Positions 20,336 through 27,817 of a stretch of DNA of 64,000 nt are shown in pieces. The notes under the pieces are model-generated. The model saw nothing but the letters and a program-made list of their open reading frames with translations, was not told where the DNA came from and ran no database searches. Within the stretch, counting starts at the first letter, position 1. Each line of letters begins with the position of its first letter. The DNA comes from an uncultured bacterium (lineage in GTDB: Bacteria > Patescibacteriota > Minisyncoccia > Phycocordibacterales > Phycocordibacteraceae): NCBI GenBank assembly GCA_947085985.1, contig CAMTYL010000003.1, forward strand, positions 362,108 to 426,107, written 5' to 3'. The translations under genes and the position numbers were made by a program.

Positions 20336-21337
20336 TCAATGCGCCTTGCGAAAGTTGTTTTGTATATGCTCGCTCAACATGTGGGCATTCCCGTGCTTCA
20401 AGAGCCCCAGGCATGACTGAATACTCTCTTCCTTTCCCTCTATTTCCATGATACGCCGCAGCATTCGTCGCTTGCTGGTGCTCCGTAGAGTGCGATGGTC
20501 AGGGAAATGCACCCAACCGAGAAAGTCTACCCCTGCCGAAAGTGTTCCGATTGATACTTTCCTTGGATGAAGCTCTAATTTCAGACGGGCATGTAGAAAT
20601 TCCTCAATACGAGGAAGGAGTGATTCGAGCAACATGCGGTCTTCCGAGAAGAAAGCAAAGTCATCCGCATACCGTATGTAGTGCTTAGCTTTTAGTTTAT
20701 GCTTTGCAAATTGGTCGAACTCGTTCATGTACACATTCACTAGAAGTTGTGAGGTAAGGTTGCCGAGTGGTAGACCCTTTCCCTTTTCACTACTTGAAAA
20801 GCTTTCGATAACTCTCCCAATGAGCCAGAGCGTATCTTCGTCTGACAAATAGGAACGGAGTATATCCATAAGCACATCTTGGTCTATTGAAGCAAAGAAC
20901 TTTCGAATATCACACTTCAGCACCCAACAGGTACGGGTACCGTTCTTTGATACCTTATAGCCAAATGCTTTGAATCTCTTCATTGCTCTGTGCGTTCCCT
21001 TTTTCTTTCGACATGAAAACGAGTCTGCAATAAAGGTACGGTCAAAGAGCGGATACAGCTTACGGTAAATAGCATGATGCAATAGGCGGTCTCGTACCAG
21101 TGCTTTATGTATATCTCGCGGTTTTGGGTCTGATATCTTAAAGGCCGTATATCCTCCGTGGGTATAGGTTTTCTCTTTTAAATCTTCTTGCAACTTGAAA
21201 ACATGGTGCATGAGAAAGCGTGAGAACTCACGAACATCCATTTTTCTTCGCTTCCCTTTTAGGAATTCGTGCCACGCTTCGAGCAGATTCTCGATTGAGA
21301 TGATATCTTCATATTTATGAACGAAGCGATTTCGCAT
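20336..21337 (-). CDS. Diversity-generating retroelement reverse transcriptase (DGR RT), copy 1
   Basis: 333 aa; YADD catalytic motif; DGR-specific LPLGNLTSQLLVNVYMNEFD (I/LGxxxSQ) motif; strong similarity to the Bordetella phage bRT family layout. Confidence 0.85.
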   Translation of the reverse strand: MRNRFVHKYEDIISIENLLEAWHEFLKGKRRKMDVREFSRFLMHHVFKLQEDLKEKTYTHGGYTAFKISDPKPRDIHKALVRDRLLHHAIYRKLYPLFDRTFIADSFSCRKKKGTHRAMKRFKAFGYKVSKNGTRTCWVLKCDIRKFFASIDQDVLMDILRSYLSDEDTLWLIGRVIESFSSSEKGKGLPLGNLTSQLLVNVYMNEFDQFAKHKLKAKHYIRYADDFAFFSEDRMLLESLLPRIEEFLHARLKLELHPRKVSIGTLSAGVDFLGWVHFPDHRTLRSTSKRRMLRRIMEIEGKEESIQSCLGLLKHGNAHMLSEHIQNNFRKAH

Positions 21338-21371
21338 ACGGCATTTAACGCCCCCCCCCCCACGATCTTTC

Positions 21372-21734
21372 GTGGCCGTCGTAGAGCGTGCAAAAGACCT
21401 CTATCGCGTGTGGCTGCCTGTGCGACGCAGTATGGCGCGGGACGAACGCTTCGGTATTGGCGCAAGAATAGACACCTTACTTCTCGATATTCTTGAGACT
21501 CTGCGAAAGGCAAGTTTTGTAGATACGACAAGCAAACCCGCTCTACTAGGTACAGCGATAGGTATAGCGGACTCATTGCGGTTCTTCTTGCAGATAGCAT
21601 GGGAAAACAAACTGATTGCTAATAAACAATACGAGGAACTCGCGGGTGCTGTCGAGGAGATAGGACGCATGACTGGAGGTTGGAGAAAGGGTGTTCTTAG
21701 TAAAACCCCGCTCAAGCAGAGCGGGGAAAGATAG
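21372..21734 (+). CDS. avd: Accessory variability determinant (Avd) / four-helix-bundle protein, encoded antisense to the DGR RT/TR strand
   Basis: 120 aa, pattern ...GIGARIDTLLLDILETL...LRFFLQIAWENKLIANKQYEELAGAVEEIGRMTGGW typical of Avd/23S-IVS four-helix-bundle family. Confidence 0.7.
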   Translation: MAVVERAKDLYRVWLPVRRSMARDERFGIGARIDTLLLDILETLRKASFVDTTSKPALLGTAIGIADSLRFFLQIAWENKLIANKQYEELAGAVEEIGRMTGGWRKGVLSKTPLKQSGER

Positions 21735-21739
21735 GAGTA

Positions 21740-21843
21740 GCGAGAAACGACGTGGTTGCCGTCGTTCCACTCGTTCGGGTTCGTAACCGGATTGGCTTCG
21801 ACATTCCAGCCGTCGTCGTTCCAGTTGGCGTTCACCGCCCAGA
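21740..21843 (-). repeat. DGR template repeat TR1 (A-rich on minus strand)
   Basis: 104-bp near-identical to 22165-22268; all ~20 mismatches are T (plus) = A (minus) in this copy. Confidence 0.8.
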
Positions 21844-22161
21844 CGATATGTGCATCACGCCATCCGTACCACTGCCCTTTGAATACTCTTAAGGCTGAAT
21901 CTCATGTGGGACCTCGGAAGTCCACGAGCGCAATGCACCTGTTTCTATTCTTTTTTAGAACATCTGCGGACACGCTTGTGCTTGGAATACCTCACGCAAT
22001 TCTCTTCCGCATATGTCCAAGGAGTTGCGTGCGAGCCGTAGCCAACACACCATAACTTCCTTGTTGTCATTGTATCAAAGCAAAGGACCCTCATCCCCAG
22101 TGCCGACAAAGCGACAAAGGTTCAGAGGGTCCAAGGGTCCGAAGACCAAAGTGACTGAGAA

Positions 22162-22779
22162 TCAGCGAGAAACGACGCGGCGGCCGTCGCGCCACTCGAG
22201 CGGGTACGCAACCGGAGAGGCCTCGACACGCCAGCCGTCGACGCCCCAGTCGGCGCCCACCGCCCAGAGGACTCCCTTCGCGTCAGCGACGTAGAAGATG
22301 AACCACTTGGACTTGTCGGCGGTCTTCAGGAACTCGAAGGTGTGCGCCAGGGCGACACGGGCCTTCTCGACCTTGTTCAGATCCTTGTCGCCGAGGGCGG
22401 CGAGGATCGGACCGTCGACAGACGACTTCCGCAGCTTGCGCTGCTTGGCCGTCATGGGCTTCACGTCTTCTTCGACGACATCGAGGAAATTCCCCTTGAA
22501 GTTGTCGCCGAGGTACGAGATCGGGAGTTCCCCGTTCCGATTGACCATGAACTTGTCGCGGGCGACGAAACGCTCGACGGCGGAGAGCTTCACGGGCTCG
22601 CCGACCTGTTCGAGCAAATCCGCGAGGACTTTCGGGGCGGCGGCGTGCTTGGCCTGACCCGCGTTGCCGGGTTCGGTAACAACGAGTTCGCCGCTCAACA
22701 CGCGAGCGATGGCGGATTCGCCACCAATTTTGTTGATGAGCGCCTCGACTTGGCCGAGGTTCACATTGCCGTACTTCAT
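22162..22779 (-). CDS. DGR target (variable) protein 1, 205 aa, C-terminal VR-encoded ligand-binding region
   Basis: C-terminus VLWAVGADWGVDGWRVEASPVAYPLEWRDGRRVVSR matches TR-encoded ...VWAVNANWNDDGWNVEANPVTNPNEWNDGNHVVSR. Confidence 0.75.
   Translation of the reverse strand: MKYGNVNLGQVEALINKIGGESAIARVLSGELVVTEPGNAGQAKHAAAPKVLADLLEQVGEPVKLSAVERFVARDKFMVNRNGELPISYLGDNFKGNFLDVVEEDVKPMTAKQRKLRKSSVDGPILAALGDKDLNKVEKARVALAHTFEFLKTADKSKWFIFYVADAKGVLWAVGADWGVDGWRVEASPVAYPLEWRDGRRVVSR
22165..22268 (-). repeat. DGR variable repeat VR1 at the 3' end of target gene 22162-22779
   Basis: Pairs with TR1; substitutions only at TR adenines; ends at the stop codon. Confidence 0.8.
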
Positions 22780-22981
22780 ATCGTGCTCCTTTCCGACTGT
22801 TTGTCGGAAGCATCCCTCTGCCCGAGGTTATAGGGGCCGTTGGCGGTTCGCCACAGCAGGAAATGGCCCTGTTGAGCCGCTTTCTGCTGTGGCGAAATTC
22901 TCAGCGTTTCAAAGACCAAATAGTCACTATTTATAATACTCTAGTTTGTATACCTTGTCAAGATTTGAAATGGTGCCGAGT

Positions 22982-24007
22982 TTATTTAAGGTACCGATTC
23001 ACATTAGATAGGTGGCCGGCATAGGTAGCCGAACAGCGAATAGTGCCGTTGTTGTCGTGAATGTAGTAGAGACAGTTAGTCTTTACTGGGTTAAGTGCCG
23101 CATCAATTGACGCTAGGGACGGGTTTGCGATTGGGTGCGGTGGCAGTCCACGATACTTATACGTATTAAAGGGAGATTCTAGCTTCTTGTCCTCTGATTG
23201 CGGCATAGGCCACCAATTACCTGGCTCGCCACGTATGTACTGCAGCGTAGCGTCTACCTGCAACCCCATGCCCTTATTAAGACGATTCCACAGAATACCT
23301 GACACAATCTTTCGGTCGTCCGCGGATGCTTCTCGCTCAATTAATGATGCGAGCGTCAGTACATCCGTCCACGGAATATTCCTGCGAGCCGCTTCCCCCG
23401 CATATTCCTTAAACACATCTTGGAATCTGCTTCGCAGGCGCGCCGCTACCAGCGCAGGTGGCTGGTCGGTCGGGATAAGATACGTGTCACCATAGTACAC
23501 ACCCTCAATGAAATCGGGCGAGGGTGCCGTATCAACGGAAAGCCAATGCTCGCGCTCAGCTTCGCTCCAGCCAAGCTTTCGCACCAACAGGTCTGCTATC
23601 TGCTCCTTGCGCCAGCCGCTTGGGAACGTCACCCACGCAAGATACGGAGGCGACGCCAACAGCTTGGCAATCATGAGTGTATCCATACTCGAAGACAGTT
23701 TGTATCCTCCTTCTTGAATTCCCCGTCCGCCGTCGTGCATGCTAAACGCAATAGAGAACGCGGTGCTGCTCTTAATAAATCCTGCGCGACGCAGCTCCTG
23801 CGTCACTTCAAACACCGTAGCGTCCGGATTCACAATAAATTCCCGAGGTTCTCCCGTAATATCCGCTGGACCAAAGTACTGCGCGTACAGCAGCAAGAAT
23901 CCAACGAGCAATACCACAAACGCAGCACCCGAAGCCATAAGCGGTATGCGCCAGCCGGAGCGCGGACGGTACGTGCGTATTCTCTCTAGAACCTGACCAA
24001 GAAGCAT
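22982..24007 (-). CDS. mltG: Endolytic murein transglycosylase MltG (YceG-like)
   Basis: N-terminal TM anchor, YceG-like domain, C-terminal LYYIHDNNGTIRCSATYAGH. Confidence 0.75.
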   Translation of the reverse strand: MLLGQVLERIRTYRPRSGWRIPLMASGAAFVVLLVGFLLLYAQYFGPADITGEPREFIVNPDATVFEVTQELRRAGFIKSSTAFSIAFSMHDGGRGIQEGGYKLSSSMDTLMIAKLLASPPYLAWVTFPSGWRKEQIADLLVRKLGWSEAEREHWLSVDTAPSPDFIEGVYYGDTYLIPTDQPPALVAARLRSRFQDVFKEYAGEAARRNIPWTDVLTLASLIEREASADDRKIVSGILWNRLNKGMGLQVDATLQYIRGEPGNWWPMPQSEDKKLESPFNTYKYRGLPPHPIANPSLASIDAALNPVKTNCLYYIHDNNGTIRCSATYAGHLSNVNRYLK

Positions 24008-24032
24008 TTCTCCCTAGTATACCCTCTCGCCG

Positions 24033-25700
24033 TTATCCCCTACTGTCGAGTACAATGCGCGCGAGTTTCAGCTCATCGTATGAGTACTTCCCCTTTAGCC
24101 TCGCAAATACTGGCGCGAGCTTCGCTTCTTTTACGGATGCAAATGCCTCCTCAATCTTTGGAAGTGCTTTACGCAAGGCATCGGGCAACATGCCATCTAT
24201 TGTCTCTGCGGTAATGCGCCCACCCGCATGCAATTTTTCAAGATGGTCGCAAATGGTTCCGAAGGTAAGTGAGCGACGCGCAACAATCTCTTCCATACCA
24301 AGACCCTCTTCGACCAATGCGAATGTTTCGTCGTACGTGGACTTTTTCGGCGGGCGCGGTGCGCTCTCTGTAATTTCTTCCACCACCCCGCCTGATGCAC
24401 GAATAAAGCGCTCCTGCATTTCGGTAAGTTCGCCACTAGCATCAAGCGCATCAAACGCACGCGTCGCCGCTTCTGACTGCTCTTTAAATGAGCGGTCAAC
24501 AGAAAGTACTTCTGGGTGCACCTGCATAGCGCTTTCACTCCAACCAAGGAGGCGCAGACCGTCGAGCGTGCGCACACGAGAAAGTGCCACGTACCCTTGC
24601 CCGTACTCAAACGCGCGCGAGAGGTCGATTGCGGCAGCATCCATACTCATACCCTGACTCTTGTGTACGGTGATAGCCCACGCGAGACGAAGTGGCACCT
24701 GTGCAAGCTTTGCGCGCACCTTGCCATTCTCTTCCACAGCCCAATCAACCGGAGCAATTACCAACTCGCGCCCATCATGCGTCTCAATGATGGGATACCC
24801 CGTGCCCATCTCGTATCCAATAACACTACCCAGCGTGCCGTTCACGTACCCCACCGCAGGATTATTCTTGGTACACATTACAATTGCTCCCTCTTTGAGA
24901 GACAGCAGTTCGGGGGAAAGACATCCGCGCTTCAACGCCTCGGTAAGGACCGAAGGTCCGGTGGCACTCATCGCAAACTTTTTCTCAGAACCAGAAAGCG
25001 ACGCGAGCTTCTCTGCATTAATGCGGTCGACGTCCGCGTTGTGGGTAAACAAACGTGGTGTCTCGTCGTCTACCTCGTCCAGCTCGGTTTCACGTGACGT
25101 TATGACCGACACGTGCGTATGATCCCACTCGCCACTACGAATTGCGGCAAGCACATCCAAAAATACCGAATCCTCTTGGCGGTGCTGTTCAGTCAGATAA
25201 CAAACCAGCGGATTCAGTTTCTTCCACGCAGACGACTGGAACGCAAAACCAACAGAGCCACGCGACACAGGCGGAAGCTGAAAGAAGTCGCCCACGAGCA
25301 CTACCTGGATTCCACCCATCGGAAGCTCACTGTGGCGCACTTCGCGCAGCACCGCGTCTACCATGGCGAGCACTTCACCCGAGAGCATGGATACCTCATC
25401 AATAATGAGCACTCGTGCTTTCTGGAGTCGCTTTGCAACGTGCTCCTTGGAAGCAACAGCATCCAGAAGCTCTGGCGTCATACGCTCTGCAATGCCAATA
25501 CCACTCCAGGAGTGAATGGTCATGCCACCTACGTGCGTCGCAGCGATACCCGTGGACGCTGTAATGGACGGCTCTATGCCATGAGCACGCAACCACGCAA
25601 CATACGCATTAACGGTATGCGTCTTTCCACTTCCCGGCTCTCCCGTAAGAAATACATTCGCACCCGTCTTTAATATAGTGAGCGCCTCGTTTTGAGTCAT
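24033..25700 (-). CDS. SF1B DNA helicase, RecD/Pif1-like (AAA_30 + UvrD_C_2) with C-terminal helical extension
   Basis: Walker A TGEPGSGKTH, Walker B LIIDEVSM, C-terminal helicase motifs. Confidence 0.75.
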   Translation of the reverse strand: MTQNEALTILKTGANVFLTGEPGSGKTHTVNAYVAWLRAHGIEPSITASTGIAATHVGGMTIHSWSGIGIAERMTPELLDAVASKEHVAKRLQKARVLIIDEVSMLSGEVLAMVDAVLREVRHSELPMGGIQVVLVGDFFQLPPVSRGSVGFAFQSSAWKKLNPLVCYLTEQHRQEDSVFLDVLAAIRSGEWDHTHVSVITSRETELDEVDDETPRLFTHNADVDRINAEKLASLSGSEKKFAMSATGPSVLTEALKRGCLSPELLSLKEGAIVMCTKNNPAVGYVNGTLGSVIGYEMGTGYPIIETHDGRELVIAPVDWAVEENGKVRAKLAQVPLRLAWAITVHKSQGMSMDAAAIDLSRAFEYGQGYVALSRVRTLDGLRLLGWSESAMQVHPEVLSVDRSFKEQSEAATRAFDALDASGELTEMQERFIRASGGVVEEITESAPRPPKKSTYDETFALVEEGLGMEEIVARRSLTFGTICDHLEKLHAGGRITAETIDGMLPDALRKALPKIEEAFASVKEAKLAPVFARLKGKYSYDELKLARIVLDSRG

Positions 25701-25705
25701 TTGTA

Positions 25706-26287
25706 TTAGCGCGTTTCAACGAGTAGCGTAAATCGATACTGACTCTTATCTATAGGTGTCGTAGAGAGTGGCGTGGGCACTACGTCCGTAAGGGTGATTT
25801 GAAGATGCTCAGTGGTGGAGACGACCCCAAGAGAAAGTGGCAGTGTGCTGGTTCCGTTTGGGCCCGTGACCGTGGCAGAAAGCTCTACCGTACCTGCCTG
25901 TATGCACTGCACATCACTTGGGCAACGACTGTCCACAGTCACGCGATCGATCACAATGCTAGAGTCAGGCATTGCTCCCGGCTCGCCCAAGGAAAGCATG
26001 AGTGTGGTGGTTGCCGTTTGAGGAAGCACTACGGGCACCTCTACCTCGGGAGCCAGTGCAGTGCGAGGATTATTAAGCACGTACCCTGCCATTCCACTTA
26101 TAAGTACCGCAACGCCGCCAAGGAGCCAAAGGTACATAAAGGTGTGGTGAGGCTTCTTGTCGTGGTGGTGCAACATTACCCGTATTCTAGCACCCGTGCT
26201 CCACGCAGGGGGCATCAAGTGAGTATTTGACATATTTATTAAAATGGTATAGAATATACATATGAACGCACTCTTTACGAGCGCCAA
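25706..26287 (-). CDS. Hypothetical membrane-anchored/secreted protein
   Basis: ORF with TM segment; no known domain. Confidence 0.35.
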   Translation of the reverse strand: MALVKSAFICIFYTILINMSNTHLMPPAWSTGARIRVMLHHHDKKPHHTFMYLWLLGGVAVLISGMAGYVLNNPRTALAPEVEVPVVLPQTATTTLMLSLGEPGAMPDSSIVIDRVTVDSRCPSDVQCIQAGTVELSATVTGPNGTSTLPLSLGVVSTTEHLQITLTDVVPTPLSTTPIDKSQYRFTLLVETR

Positions 26288-27812
26288 AGGCGCCCTTTCT
26301 TATAGTGCTCGCCGCACCTCTTCCTTCTGGACCTGGTATCGCTCACAGAAGCCCTGGAAGCAGATGGTGGGAGCAGTAGTGACGGGAGTACTTCTGATTG
26401 CAGGTATTTCGCTCCTCCATAGTCTTGGAAACGTAGCAGAAACGCCAAACGAGCTGCGCACCGTCACCCTTGCAAGTGCGGGCTCTCTTTCTGGCACCGG
26501 GAACGGCTCAAGTGTCATAGGCACTGTCCGCTCAATCGCAGAGGCGCAAATTCTTGCCGAAAGTGGCGGCACGGTGCGCTCGGTGCGCACACAGCAGGGC
26601 GCGAGTGTGCCTGCAGGCTACGTGATTGCTGAACTTGATAACGCCAGTCAGCGCGCAGTAGTGCTACAGGCAGAGGGTGCCTACGACGCTGCAATAGCGG
26701 CGCGCAATAGCGTGTCTCCTGTTGACGCGGCTACGGCTGCACGAAACGCATACCAGAGTGCATTCTCAGCTCTGGAATACACGCTTGAAAATGAAGTTGA
26801 TTCATTTTACGGAGCACCCGGACCTTACGGACCAAACTTCGCTCTTGGAGACGGCCGCTTTGCGCAAAACTTTTTCCCAACAAAGCGTGCCGACATAGAC
26901 CGCATGATTGATGCGTGGCGCGCCAATCTTGCGAGTGCTTCAAACAGAGATCCCGAGCAACTTCTAACCGAAGCAGTAGCAACCGTCTCTACGACAAACG
27001 CGCTTCTTCAGAATATTGCAGAGATTGTAAACGCAAGAGGTTCTAATGCTTCAGCAGCGCAGATTGCAGACCTCGCGAGCGCTCGCGCTACAGTGAGTGC
27101 ACAGGCCAGCGTGCTCGCTTCTGCTCGCGAGTCGTATCGCAACAAAAACGTTGGCTCTTCCGCATCCGTTGATGCGTCAGTGAAGCAAGCACTTGGAAAT
27201 CTTCGCGGCGCACAAGCACAGCTCGAAAAGACGTTAATCCGCGCACCTCTTGCCGGCACCGTTAACTTCCTCCCTATTCGGGTTGGAGAGTATGTAACCG
27301 CGTTCACGCACGTAGCAACCGTTGCGCAAAATGGCGCACTTGAAATTGTCACCTACGTGTCTGAAGACGAACGCGAGCAATTGTCTGTCGGAGATACGGT
27401 CACCATAAACGACACTGTACGCGGAGTAATAACTCGTGTAGCACCAGCGCTTGACCCAAGCACGCGCCAGATTGAAGTACATGTTGCAGTGACGAGCGAT
27501 ACCAAGAATCTTGTGAATGGCCAATCCGTGCGCGTCACACTCCCCAACGCACCCGTACTTGCGCAGAGTGCTTTACCTGGGCCGCTTATGCTTCCGCTTG
27601 CTAGTGTAAAACTCCGCTCAAACGACCGTGTTGTATTCACGGTGGACACCGAAGGTCGCATTGTCTCAAATCCAATCACTATCGGCACCGTGCGCGGCGA
27701 CCGCATAGAAGTACTCACGGGCGTTAGTGCTGACATGCGCATTGTCACTGATGCGCGTGGTCTTTCAGAAGGAGAAAAGGTCCGCATTGCAGACGCGCTG
27801 CCTAGCACATAG
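26262..27812 (+). CDS. Efflux pump periplasmic adaptor (HlyD/MFP family)
   Basis: N-terminal TM, coiled-coil region, beta-barrel/MPD motifs; immediately upstream of RND gene. Confidence 0.7.
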   Translation: MNALFTSAKGALSYSARRTSSFWTWYRSQKPWKQMVGAVVTGVLLIAGISLLHSLGNVAETPNELRTVTLASAGSLSGTGNGSSVIGTVRSIAEAQILAESGGTVRSVRTQQGASVPAGYVIAELDNASQRAVVLQAEGAYDAAIAARNSVSPVDAATAARNAYQSAFSALEYTLENEVDSFYGAPGPYGPNFALGDGRFAQNFFPTKRADIDRMIDAWRANLASASNRDPEQLLTEAVATVSTTNALLQNIAEIVNARGSNASAAQIADLASARATVSAQASVLASARESYRNKNVGSSASVDASVKQALGNLRGAQAQLEKTLIRAPLAGTVNFLPIRVGEYVTAFTHVATVAQNGALEIVTYVSEDEREQLSVGDTVTINDTVRGVITRVAPALDPSTRQIEVHVAVTSDTKNLVNGQSVRVTLPNAPVLAQSALPGPLMLPLASVKLRSNDRVVFTVDTEGRIVSNPITIGTVRGDRIEVLTGVSADMRIVTDARGLSEGEKVRIADALPST

Positions 27813-27817
27813 AAGCC

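Noticed and set aside
20336-21337. Group II intron maturase/RT interpretation of the two ~333-aa RTs
   Set aside because: There is no X/maturase or En domain and no intron domain V/VI. The proteins carry the DGR-specific LGxxxSQ motif instead of QGxxxSP and are flanked by TR/VR pairs with A-specific mismatches.
21401-21835. 144-aa minus-strand ORF rich in Asn/Trp (MNANWNDDGWNVEANPVTNP...)
   Set aside because: It is the translation of the template repeat and avd-antisense region, not an independent gene.
22283-22813. Arg-rich 176-aa ORF and other long ORFs antisense or out-of-frame to high-GC genes (e.g. 91-471, 22342-22833, 17408-17701, 28489-28950)
   Set aside because: They are high-GC shadow ORFs overlapping well-supported genes. 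Their low-complexity Arg/Ala/Pro composition is typical of non-coding frames.
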